Both the position numbers and the translations under genes were made by a program. A DNA stretch of 64,000 nt from a virus: positions 1 through 64,000 of IMG/VR virus record IMGVR_UViG_3300032285_000892; one strand, written 5' to 3'. This document shows, piece after piece, positions 47,201-56,261 of the stretch (positions within the stretch are counted from its first letter, which is position 1; every line of letters begins with the position of its first letter). The notes beneath the pieces were generated by a model, which did not search any database, was not told where the DNA came from, and was given only the letters and a program-made list of their open reading frames with translations.

Positions 47201-48746
47201 TACATATCAAACTATTGACACAGGATTCCAAGTAGATTTAGATAATCTTCCTGGAGTTACTACTGTATTTGGCGGTGATACATTCATCTCTCGTTTTGCA
47301 TTCAAGACTAAACTTCCATTCTTTATTGATAACAGAGTGGGTGCTCCTGATGATAGTGATATAAACTATGATGAGATCGGTAATGTTGCTTATCCACAAT
47401 ACTGGCATTCTGCAAGGTCTGTATTATTTAATTTTAATAAACCTGTAATTAATGCAAGCATTGGTACACTAGATAACATGATATCAATCAAAGCTCATAA
47501 CTTTGATTGCGGTTGGATTGATCCTATAGTTCCTTATTCTATTACTACAACAACTACTACTATTATTGGTGGAACAAGTCCAGGTACTTTAAATTCTGGA
47601 TACAATGGTAAGTTCTATCTATTTGCATATGGTATTCCTTATTTCTATTGTGAGAGTAGTATTAATTTAGATTTACGTCAAGCATTTAATAATAGAGAAG
47701 GGGACTTTTATCCTCGTGTAAGTTCTGGTATTCCAGATAACTGGTTACAGCAGATTCACGTACCTATTGAGTTTGATAATACATACACTTATAATGTAAG
47801 CTACTCTAAACAGAATACAGATAATTACTTTTCTCATCTACCTGCAAACTGGGATGATAGTCAATGTAATACAATTTTTCCATTTAGAGCAATCTATTCA
47901 GATGCACAGAGTTCTGATCCAACAGTTAAAGTAAATAACTGGTTGATATATCGTCCTATATCATTCTTTGATTTTCCTCAGAACTATGGAGACTTAGTAT
48001 CTTTGGATGGGATTCAAAACAAAGCTGTGCTTGCTCGTTTTGAGAATAAGTCATTGTTATACAATACAATGCTTACAATCAATACAAGTAATCCTCAAGC
48101 TGCTTACTTGGGTAATGATTCATTATTTAGAAGTGCTCCTCCAATTGACTTTGCTGAAACAGATTTAGGATATGTAGGATCTCAGAACAAGATGTTATTA
48201 AAGATTCCTCAAGGTCAGATAACAATTGATGCTAAACGTGGACAGATTTTCTTAATCTCAGGAAATCAAGCTGATGATCTTACAGCATTTGGATCAGGTG
48301 TTAACCGATTCATGACGGATCACTTGGCATTTGAAATAATAAGATATTTCCCAAATGCTGATACTGATAACAATTTCAGTAAGGTGGGAATACATGGTGT
48401 ATATGATAGTAAGTATGATCGAGTGATCATCTCTAAGCTTGACTATATTCCACAGCCTGAATGGATATCAACAATGACTTATAATACTGTCACTAAAGAA
48501 TATGAAGTGAATGGTACTGTAGTACAATTGTCAGATCCTAAATACTTTTGTAATAAATCTTGGACTCTTTCATTCAATATGAATACAAAGAGTTGGATAA
48601 GTTTCCATAGCTATATTCCTAATTACTATATAGCTGAGAATAACTTCTTCTATTCAGGATTAAACGAAGGATGCAATCTTGATTTTGTAGCTGCTGAAGA
48701 GATATCATCAACTTGTGAATTAGCTGGAACTGCAATAACACCATAA
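44262..48746 (+). CDS. tail stabilisation / muzzle protein (P22 gp10-like role)
   Basis: 1494 aa; N-terminal GLNMDN...YALNANV; C-terminal GIHGVYDSKYDRVIISK and SWTLSFN...WISFHSYIP, as in crAss-like muzzle proteins. Confidence 0.7.
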   Translation: MAAEETTNKGNINANYNVAQTGLNMDNTIGQIKKGMLTYALNANVENFDSNSVNYQNEEGNEICINFPEGYQVIGNHFIPEKNKHVFFLVNATTGESEIGYMYNNNCEYVSYLNLPCLNFNINHPIQKVVHRITNCTTEIYWTDGYNVRRYLDIEGDAPTNCNTLSIQPNFSIPQLDILEVITGGELVAGTYQFAIQYCDALGFGYTSYYSVTNPVSIANNKIETADFNYPVNQSIRLQISNLEINGYFKYYNLAVIKFINSIESVELIGTYYIDTVTTDITYAGQNQTQIRLSINDIFEKFPYYDIAQDVTSVQDILVWDQLTSNDRVNYQSIASKISLKWQTYKLPATENYSNEINTAELRGYLRDEVYAFEIVFLLKNGRQTDGFHIPGRDHIPSDLVPIPSTNPDFIGTGTTAPTWQIYNTAYGVTAATGSSINNATPYQYGEFAYWQSDVKYPNNPLVWGDLANTYIRHHKFPDILVSPAFDSPTPTIVAGKYDVYMQTSAAVYPMGVRIDTAQVQAAIAQAVTDHKITQAEADNIAGYKIVRANRSTNKSIIGKGILRNVGKYNRNGTDYYFPNYPYNDLRKDPFLLENNNAYGSQTINWKLSVTVAGQAQITNPYTNQLQTINLTVTGIGELLTICSLTKPKSLGTAVFVAADPYSPVNVQGDSNFFEQQKTYVIVNNNPIDLGFLYAKTGNLPYTFYSYTAPAYSVTYLSAWSPPTLLAPAGAVNYIVGGSDTVNPECLPANLNAFATDESKYRQIFNSPETSFGQPTLGSVLKIENVLFGAGNSHFVKVTNNAKYKLLTKDIQYQALLTSYTTANAVAPFNATAMFTMYQAYLTVWINGINRQNFAYSYNSIATYDYQAPVTNSGYKQRPLDRYQYISPGVQSVSDIHDVNNFQRESSVYLRTDLTKSALPFPDKVPSVMSRSNSLISDESRLTVGQMGNCGTPEHLEKIKVISYYASLKNIIPGQYGQIYTYQTIDTGFQVDLDNLPGVTTVFGGDTFISRFAFKTKLPFFIDNRVGAPDDSDINYDEIGNVAYPQYWHSARSVLFNFNKPVINASIGTLDNMISIKAHNFDCGWIDPIVPYSITTTTTTIIGGTSPGTLNSGYNGKFYLFAYGIPYFYCESSINLDLRQAFNNREGDFYPRVSSGIPDNWLQQIHVPIEFDNTYTYNVSYSKQNTDNYFSHLPANWDDSQCNTIFPFRAIYSDAQSSDPTVKVNNWLIYRPISFFDFPQNYGDLVSLDGIQNKAVLARFENKSLLYNTMLTINTSNPQAAYLGNDSLFRSAPPIDFAETDLGYVGSQNKMLLKIPQGQITIDAKRGQIFLISGNQADDLTAFGSGVNRFMTDHLAFEIIRYFPNADTDNNFSKVGIHGVYDSKYDRVIISKLDYIPQPEWISTMTYNTVTKEYEVNGTVVQLSDPKYFCNKSWTLSFNMNTKSWISFHSYIPNYYIAENNFFYSGLNEGCNLDFVAAEEISSTCELAGTAITP

Positions 48747-48757
48747 ATAGAATACTA

Positions 48758-49687
48758 ATGCCTAGATGTAATTTATCGGGAACTGCTGTAGATACTTGTG
48801 CAATAATTGGCAATGCCCTTTTATTAAGAAAGGTGTTTGTTAAAATAACAGAGATGGGTTATAGAACAAGCTACTTTAATGTTACTGATGATTTAGGTAA
48901 CGTTTTAGGAACTAATGTCTATAAGAACAATTTATGCACTGGTATTTATTATTATGTTCCATATAATGCTACAGAAATTATTCTTGAATCATTAGGTAAA
49001 TGTAAGTTCTTTTTGCATAAAGATATCATTGAATTAACTGCTCAACAGATTGCTAATCTTACATGTAATGCAGTTAATACAGGAACTCTTTGGCGTCATC
49101 TCACTGATGTAAGATTAACTAATAACTTCTACGGAAATATAGAACCTTACATTATTGAGTATCCGTTTATGTATCAATATCATGATGAGATATTACAGAA
49201 TGTAAAAGACTATACACGTGCATATAAGTATCTGCCTATACCTGATGGTGTATATAATGATAATGCTAAGATCCAAACAGATAATCAATACTTCAACAAA
49301 GTAATTATTTACAATGGACAACAGTGTTCAGGTATGTTAGAATTAGTTAAGAAACCATTGAATAACTTAGCTGCTTATAATCAGTATCCAATATATAATG
49401 CGGAAAGCAAAACTATTCTTTATACTAAGAGTGATAGCTTCTATCAATACAATACATTCTGGAATGTAGTGATTGATAAAGAAGAGCCATTGTTTAATGT
49501 TAGTTGTGAGTCATTATCTATTGATAAAGTACTCAACCAAGACAATATGAACTATGGTGTAAAATCATTCAATAAAGATACAATGAGAGCTAAAGGTGTA
49601 TTGATAAGACACATCTTAGATGATACATCAAACGCTCACCTTGTTAGTCAATTCATTATAGCTCCAAGTCAAATCTCTTACAAGTAA
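48758..49687 (+). CDS. muzzle-associated protein, possibly the detached C-terminal part of the muzzle
   Basis: 309 aa; LWRH...NNFYG..EPYIIEYPF and IIYNGQQCSGMLEL; shares the C.L.G.A repeat with the end of the preceding ORF. Confidence 0.55.
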   Translation: MPRCNLSGTAVDTCAIIGNALLLRKVFVKITEMGYRTSYFNVTDDLGNVLGTNVYKNNLCTGIYYYVPYNATEIILESLGKCKFFLHKDIIELTAQQIANLTCNAVNTGTLWRHLTDVRLTNNFYGNIEPYIIEYPFMYQYHDEILQNVKDYTRAYKYLPIPDGVYNDNAKIQTDNQYFNKVIIYNGQQCSGMLELVKKPLNNLAAYNQYPIYNAESKTILYTKSDSFYQYNTFWNVVIDKEEPLFNVSCESLSIDKVLNQDNMNYGVKSFNKDTMRAKGVLIRHILDDTSNAHLVSQFIIAPSQISYK

Positions 49688-52569
49688 TGGCAATAGAAAA
49701 ACCTAAAGGCTGGCTAGATAAATACAGTGACAATGTTGCTGCAAGCGATGCTACACGTGTTAGTAAACAACTAACTCCTACAAATAAGAATAAAGTAACC
49801 CAAGCTCAATTAGATGAAAGAGAGGCTCAAGAACGTAGAAAAAGAATTGCTTTATCTAATTCACGTCAAGCAAATGACTTTGATAAACCTGCTGAGGATC
49901 TTGCTACATATTCATCAGCCACTGCAGATAAACTAAGATTCTCAGACTATCCTAACTTCTTTGATGATTATATTAATCCTGGGGTACAGTTTGGTCACTT
50001 AGCTTCTGGCTTAGGACAAGTTCCATTGAATATTAAAAATAAACAATGGGGAGAAGCTGCTATGAATGTATTTAATCCTGTATTAGCAGGTGCTGGAGAA
50101 GCTGTATTAGAACCTGCAATATCACAATATATAACAGATCCTGCAAAGAAGTATGTATTAAATCCTGCATTAAAGAAAGCAAAGAAGTTAGTATTAGGTG
50201 ATAAACCTAAAGTAGCTAGAGAGATCCCTACAGTTAGACCATCTCATGAGATAGATGATTTATCTGGTACAAATATAGGTAGAAGTTTTTATGATGAAGC
50301 TGGTCAATATGTTACTCCTGAAATTGCAGAAGCGTTCAAGCTTCCTTTGTACAAGCCAGGATCAGGAGCAGGAATAATAGACTTTTCAAATATTAAAACA
50401 GGAAAGCAATTAAGAAAAGCTGTAAATGATAAAAATGTAAGTCATCTATTTGAAAGAAATAAGTTAATGCATGGTTGTAAGTCAGATGCAGAATGTGCAA
50501 GACTTGCTAATGCAATAGCATCTTCTGTACATAATAAAGTTTCACCTGATGATCTTTATGATTATTCTGCTAATGCTGACAATGCATGGTATACAACTAA
50601 TCAGATGTTAAAGAATAATGGAGAAGTAGTATACAATGAAGGGGTACATGGTCCATTAACTGCAGATCATTTAGAAAATCTACAAGTGGGTGATCAGGTA
50701 ATGATTGGTCCAGACTCACCAACTCCTCATCCTTCTTACTCTAGTGCTACAGGAAACTATAAAGAACCTAAAGTTAACCATAGAGCAACTGTTACTGGTG
50801 TTGATGAGAATGGCAATTTTTTAATTTCTGAAAGCTTTAATGGTAAATTGGTAACAGTACCTATACAGAACAATCTTTATTATAATGCTAATTCTAACTT
50901 TGGAATTAGAAGTATAATAAGACCTAGTCAATTTAAAGATAAAGCAGGAAGTATTGTTCAAAAGGCTGTAGAGAATGATTTGAACCTGAATAGAGGTACG
51001 ATGAACTTTGAGGTGAGTCCTGAACTAAAACCATACAAAGAGATTTATGATAAAGTAAAACCAACACTTATTGGTAACTTAGGTATTAATGCTGATGAGG
51101 CTGATCAAATCTTTAGACATGTATTAGGTATTGGTGTTCAAGAATCTAAGATGTCTGGTAAGATGGCTAAAGGTTTAAGTAAAGCCAAGGTATTGATTCA
51201 AGATAAACTAAGAGAAGCAGGATTAACTAAACCTGTTAAAGAGGTTATGAATCTTGCCAAGAAGTATGGTAATAGAAAGTATGAAGAGAATCCAGATTTA
51301 CTTCCTTTCCCAGGAAATAGTAAGGTACAGATGGAGGCTAATAAACTATCACAAAGTACAGGTATATCAGTTGACGATGCATTAGATCAATTATACACTA
51401 ATACTTATAATAGACCTAAGCCTTTTGCTCTATCTGATACAGATCCTTCTATTGGTACATTTAGACAAAAGCATTTATCTAAAACTGCAAAGAGACTAGG
51501 ATTAAAAGAAAGTGATTTTCCAGTGGGTAAAGGTAGCAAGAATGCATTCTACAATAATCCTGAGAATGAATTGATGGCAGCCTTTGCTAACTTCTATGAT
51601 ATTAAGAAAGGACTGAAGAAAAAGAATCCTGATTGGAGTGAGCAGAAGTTACATGACATGGCTACATTATCTTGGAACTCTCCAAGTAAAGCTAATAATC
51701 CTGAGCTTGTAGATTACTTCTATGAGTTTAAAGATAACCCTACCTTTGAAGGATTTGATTACTTAAACAAGGTGAAGAAAAACATTCAGACTCACACACC
51801 TTTAAAGTCAGTTACTCCTAATAACTATTCACCTAGAGCACCATTCTTACAGTTCAATGATGGAGGCCCTGTTCAACCTAATTATAATGATTACAGTGTA
51901 TCAGCAGGACCAGACTTTGAAGGTGATGGATATAGTAACAGAGGACGTAATTATTCTCCTGCATGGGGAGGACAGTTTGAACAAGGTGGTAAAGTTCCTT
52001 TTGACCAATGGTATAAAACAGTTCCTAAAGCTAAGAATGATACAATAAACTATAACTTAAGAAGAGCTTATGACCTAGCTCCTCAGAAAGATTTAGATGC
52101 TTTTGTAAAAGATCCTAATGCTCATTTAATGACTGCATATGAAAACCCAGAAACAGGTATATATGAGTTCATGAAATCTAAACATCATTCAACCATAAAC
52201 AAAGAGTTAGATTGGTACAAGAGTAAAGGGGGTAAAGATTTTAGAAACAAATACGATCTTGATACAACTGGTGATTACTATCGGTATGTACCAAAACAAT
52301 TTGCTATGGGAGGATCTATGCCAGGAGCTGTAGGATTCACATACGCACGTGTAGCAGGAGCTGCTCCTGACAATGGTAAGTATGCTAAGAAGACAAAAGC
52401 TTCTGCAGAGAATGGAGCAGAGATGAGATACTATCAAGAAGGGCTTGACTTCAAACCTAAGACTATTTCCAGAGATGGTAGTCAGTTGGTAAAACTGGAT
52501 CAATTAACTAACTTTACAAATTACAACACTAAACAACCAGGGGGCTGGTTAGATAAATATGAAGGCTAA
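49687..52569 (+). CDS. ejected cargo protein with CHAP-like and lysozyme/SLT-like domains
   Basis: ECARLAN...NAW...LQVGD...NHRATV...LISES (CHAP-like); GIGVQES...IGTFRQK...LSWNSP (SLT-like); GWLDKY at both termini. Confidence 0.6.
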   Translation: MAIEKPKGWLDKYSDNVAASDATRVSKQLTPTNKNKVTQAQLDEREAQERRKRIALSNSRQANDFDKPAEDLATYSSATADKLRFSDYPNFFDDYINPGVQFGHLASGLGQVPLNIKNKQWGEAAMNVFNPVLAGAGEAVLEPAISQYITDPAKKYVLNPALKKAKKLVLGDKPKVAREIPTVRPSHEIDDLSGTNIGRSFYDEAGQYVTPEIAEAFKLPLYKPGSGAGIIDFSNIKTGKQLRKAVNDKNVSHLFERNKLMHGCKSDAECARLANAIASSVHNKVSPDDLYDYSANADNAWYTTNQMLKNNGEVVYNEGVHGPLTADHLENLQVGDQVMIGPDSPTPHPSYSSATGNYKEPKVNHRATVTGVDENGNFLISESFNGKLVTVPIQNNLYYNANSNFGIRSIIRPSQFKDKAGSIVQKAVENDLNLNRGTMNFEVSPELKPYKEIYDKVKPTLIGNLGINADEADQIFRHVLGIGVQESKMSGKMAKGLSKAKVLIQDKLREAGLTKPVKEVMNLAKKYGNRKYEENPDLLPFPGNSKVQMEANKLSQSTGISVDDALDQLYTNTYNRPKPFALSDTDPSIGTFRQKHLSKTAKRLGLKESDFPVGKGSKNAFYNNPENELMAAFANFYDIKKGLKKKNPDWSEQKLHDMATLSWNSPSKANNPELVDYFYEFKDNPTFEGFDYLNKVKKNIQTHTPLKSVTPNNYSPRAPFLQFNDGGPVQPNYNDYSVSAGPDFEGDGYSNRGRNYSPAWGGQFEQGGKVPFDQWYKTVPKAKNDTINYNLRRAYDLAPQKDLDAFVKDPNAHLMTAYENPETGIYEFMKSKHHSTINKELDWYKSKGGKDFRNKYDLDTTGDYYRYVPKQFAMGGSMPGAVGFTYARVAGAAPDNGKYAKKTKASAENGAEMRYYQEGLDFKPKTISRDGSQLVKLDQLTNFTNYNTKQPGGWLDKYEG

Positions 52570-55500
52570 AATATTAAAAATTGCTGGTGTTAAGGACGAG
52601 AAAGAGTTCTACAAGAAATATCCTACAGAGGAGGCTTTCATGAAGAAGCATGGTCATAAGCTTAAGAAAGCTGTTGGCGGTGCTGAACTTGATGCTATTG
52701 ATTATATGAATAATGGTAGCATGCCTTTTGATAATCCTATTGATATTTCACAAAGTGCATTTGGTGGAATTGATAAGTTCATCAATAGTGATTTTGGTGC
52801 AACAGTAAATAATAAAAAAACTAAAAAAGGTTTTGATTGGAATAAATTAAATCAAATAAGTCCACAGCTAGGAACTATTGTAGGATCTATACAACAGATT
52901 AATCAAGATGAAAAAGATCTTAGGAATGCAGAAATGTATTCTAAGATCAGTGACCTTACACGCTTAGCTGCTTCCTCTAGACCAGAAAGAATACAAAAGA
53001 AATATGTACGTCCTGAAGATCAATTGAGTCAAACAGTTAGTCCTCTAGGTGTTGGTACAGACTATTTACAAGCAGCAAATGGTGCAGAGATTGCAAACTA
53101 TTATAACAGCCCCGATACAATTTATACAGATGGAGGATTTGAACCATTGAATGATAGTAATGTAAAGCAATACAAGAAAGGTGGTAAACTTAAAAAAGCA
53201 GCAAATGGATTTGATTGGTCTTCACTTTCTGGACAAGTAGGAGGTATTGGTGGAGCATTAGGTTCTGCCATAGGTGGAGGGAAAGGTAGAGGTGGAGCAT
53301 ACTCTCAACTTGGTTCTACTGTTGGTAGAGTTGCTGGATCTCTTCTTCCATTCCCAGGAGGAGACGTTCTTGGAGAATTTGCACTTGGAACAGTTGGTGG
53401 TATAATTGATGCTTCTGGTCAAAATAAAATGCAAAAGGCTGAAGATGCAATTAACAATAATTTAAATGCAGGGATTCTTCAATCAGGTGGACAAAATATA
53501 CAATCACAAAATAAGTCATTCATGAAACAAGGTGGATGGGTAAGTAATGATTGGCAGCCACAAGTAATTACAAAGTTTGGTGATCTTGATGTATCTCAAG
53601 TACATTCATTTGCTCATGATGGTATGCCTGAATATCGTGCAGGTGGACATCTTAAAGAATACACTCCTCCTACTGAAAGAGCTATGTATACAGATAGGGC
53701 TGAAGATGGTACACAAATGGCATTTGGTGGAGATGTTCGAGTTGGTAAAGGTTATATGAAACCATTATCAGATGATGTTTATGAAGCAGTTGGACCTTCT
53801 CATAAGAATGGAGGAATGCCTATTGTTAATGGTGATAATGAAGTGGAGATGGAAGGAAAGGAAACTATTAGAAAAACATATGGAGATGGTGGTCCTATGG
53901 ATGATGGGTCTATAACAATCTTTGGAAATAGAGTTATTAATAAACATGCTGCTGACTTTGTAGGAATTGATCCAAACAAGAAATATAAAACACAAAGTAA
54001 AGATATGGCTCTTGATCAAACTAAGTTTGAAAATAAGTCAACAAAGAACTTTGAATTAGCAAATAATATGAAGGCACTTAATAGCATTGATAAAATTGAA
54101 CAACAAACTTTATTACTCAATGGTAAACAATTTGCAAAGAAAGCAGAAGGCATTAAAGATAAATTAACAAAGCTAGCAATATATCAAAATGAAACAGATG
54201 ATATTGCTAAATCTGCAGGATTAGATATTAATGCATTTGATAAAGGTATCATGAAGCCTATTAAGCAAAGTGATAAAGCTGCGTTTGGTGCTAAGATGGA
54301 AACTGCTGCTGATGGTGCTAAGAAGCCTAAGTATGATCCTGAGTTTGAAAACTTCATTGATAAAGCTATGCAATTAGAGCAAGCTAATAGTTCTGCTGCT
54401 GGTGATTATCGTGGAGGTGCTTATAATTATGGAACAGCTAATAGAGATAATGGAGCTTATAATACTCCTGAGAAAGCAAAAGACTTCTACTACAAGAACT
54501 ATTGGTCTAAGGTGAAAGATCTTCCTGCAGGATTAAGAACTCGTGCTTTACAGATGGCTATTAACATGGGTGATCCTTATGGAGAACTTATGGTAGCTGC
54601 TGGTAAAATGAGTCTTGATGAAAGAAGAGGTACTGTAAAAGAACGTAAGGATAAAAGTATTACAGGCAATAAAGCTTGGGAAGCTAATAAAGCTGATATC
54701 ATTAAAGCATATAATGAAGATCCTCAAGGTTTCTTAGGTAAGTTAGATACTGAGCAAAATAGATATTATGATAGCTACATTGCTAATAATCCTTCTGATA
54801 TTAATAAAGATACACGTAAAGAGTTTTTTGATGACTATACAGGACTAGCACGTTTTGCTTCTCAAGATTATATACCTTCTAAGAATATAACTCCTATTGC
54901 TCAACCAGCTGCTGTCACTCCTATTAGTAGAACAAATACTCCTCCACCTATTCAATTAGGAGATTTTGAGGATCCAGGAATGCTACAACAGTTAATCCCT
55001 GAAACAAGATCTAATTCATTTATTCCAGCACCATCAAGAGTTCCTGTATCTGATCTTCCTACTTATGATACTACAGGATTACAACAAGGTATGATTCCTG
55101 AAGGGTCACGTAATGGATATATTCCTAATCTAGCAGATCAAATTTCTAAAGCTAGGTATGACCAAAGTGCTCAGAATACTACAATGCTAGATGATGTAAA
55201 AGTTGTAGCACCAATGGGCACAAGTGCACAATTTCCATCTCCTACAGATGAGGAAGGTAACTACTATATGCCTATAAGTGAACCCAATGGTTCTGGATTA
55301 GTTGATCCTAGAAATGCTGGATGGGATGGTACTGATGAATATCAATATAAATACCCATCTAATGATTCTAATCAAAAGCCTACTGTTCCTACTTCTAAAA
55401 CTAATAATTGGGGAAATGTATTAAATTCTGCATTATCTTCAGTGGCACCGTTCTTCCGTCCAGGTGTAGGTAAACCTTTGGATCCTTCACAATTAATGGG

Positions 55501-56173
55501 AGAAATGTATGCATTAGGTAATAATCAAATTGAGCCAGTACAAGCTCAATTATATAGCCCAATGTTACAAGCTCAACCATATAGAGTTAGCTTGCAAGAT
55601 CAATTAAATGAGGTGACAGCACAAACACGTGCTGCTGAGAGAATGGCACAAGGCAATCCTTCAGCATTAGCAATGATTGCTGCTCAAGGAGAACAAGCTA
55701 AGAGTAAGATATTAGGTGAGCAGTTCAGAATGAACCAAGCAGAATCATCTCGTGCTGCTGAAACTAATCGTGCACAATGGAATGATGCTCAACAAAAAAA
55801 CTTAGGAATCTTAGATCAACAATACGCAAGACAAGAAGAGTCTAAGAGTAAAACTAAAGCTCAAACAATTGAAGCATTGAAATCTATTTCTACTAAACAA
55901 GCTCAGAATAAGTATGAGAACTTGCAAGGAAACATTGCTGCAAACATGTACAACTATAGATTTACTCCTGAAGGTGTAGCATATAACTTAAATCCTCCTG
56001 CACAATTTAATCCGTATGGTGGTGTTGGTAAAACTGGAAAAGGTCAAATTCCTGAAGGCATGTCTCCGACTTGGGAATCAGATGATTCTGGAAATCCAGT
56101 ATTAAGTGGATACAAGAAAAAGAAAGAAACTGCTAGAAATGGTTCTCTTGTTAAAGCATTTAAAAATCTATAA
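52559..56173 (+). CDS. ejected cargo protein with GH108-like lysozyme domain
   Basis: 1204 aa; GPSHKNGG motif; LEQ...D.RGG.YNYG...TPEKAKDFYYKNYW...LP..L...AINMG; C-terminal coiled coil. Confidence 0.6.
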   Translation: MKAKILKIAGVKDEKEFYKKYPTEEAFMKKHGHKLKKAVGGAELDAIDYMNNGSMPFDNPIDISQSAFGGIDKFINSDFGATVNNKKTKKGFDWNKLNQISPQLGTIVGSIQQINQDEKDLRNAEMYSKISDLTRLAASSRPERIQKKYVRPEDQLSQTVSPLGVGTDYLQAANGAEIANYYNSPDTIYTDGGFEPLNDSNVKQYKKGGKLKKAANGFDWSSLSGQVGGIGGALGSAIGGGKGRGGAYSQLGSTVGRVAGSLLPFPGGDVLGEFALGTVGGIIDASGQNKMQKAEDAINNNLNAGILQSGGQNIQSQNKSFMKQGGWVSNDWQPQVITKFGDLDVSQVHSFAHDGMPEYRAGGHLKEYTPPTERAMYTDRAEDGTQMAFGGDVRVGKGYMKPLSDDVYEAVGPSHKNGGMPIVNGDNEVEMEGKETIRKTYGDGGPMDDGSITIFGNRVINKHAADFVGIDPNKKYKTQSKDMALDQTKFENKSTKNFELANNMKALNSIDKIEQQTLLLNGKQFAKKAEGIKDKLTKLAIYQNETDDIAKSAGLDINAFDKGIMKPIKQSDKAAFGAKMETAADGAKKPKYDPEFENFIDKAMQLEQANSSAAGDYRGGAYNYGTANRDNGAYNTPEKAKDFYYKNYWSKVKDLPAGLRTRALQMAINMGDPYGELMVAAGKMSLDERRGTVKERKDKSITGNKAWEANKADIIKAYNEDPQGFLGKLDTEQNRYYDSYIANNPSDINKDTRKEFFDDYTGLARFASQDYIPSKNITPIAQPAAVTPISRTNTPPPIQLGDFEDPGMLQQLIPETRSNSFIPAPSRVPVSDLPTYDTTGLQQGMIPEGSRNGYIPNLADQISKARYDQSAQNTTMLDDVKVVAPMGTSAQFPSPTDEEGNYYMPISEPNGSGLVDPRNAGWDGTDEYQYKYPSNDSNQKPTVPTSKTNNWGNVLNSALSSVAPFFRPGVGKPLDPSQLMGEMYALGNNQIEPVQAQLYSPMLQAQPYRVSLQDQLNEVTAQTRAAERMAQGNPSALAMIAAQGEQAKSKILGEQFRMNQAESSRAAETNRAQWNDAQQKNLGILDQQYARQEESKSKTKAQTIEALKSISTKQAQNKYENLQGNIAANMYNYRFTPEGVAYNLNPPAQFNPYGGVGKTGKGQIPEGMSPTWESDDSGNPVLSGYKKKKETARNGSLVKAFKNL

Positions 56174-56237
56174 CTGAATTGATTATACAAGATTACTAAG
56201 TTTTGTTAGTCTTCATTGTATATGTAATATTTTAAAT

Positions 56238-56245
56238 TATATTTG
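56238..56245 (+). promoter_or_regulatory. Bacteroidota-type -7 promoter box (TAnnTTTG)
   Basis: TATATTTG 16 nt upstream of the ATG at 56262; same 8-mer as at 20783. Confidence 0.55.
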
Positions 56246-56261
56246 TTAATTATACTAACTC

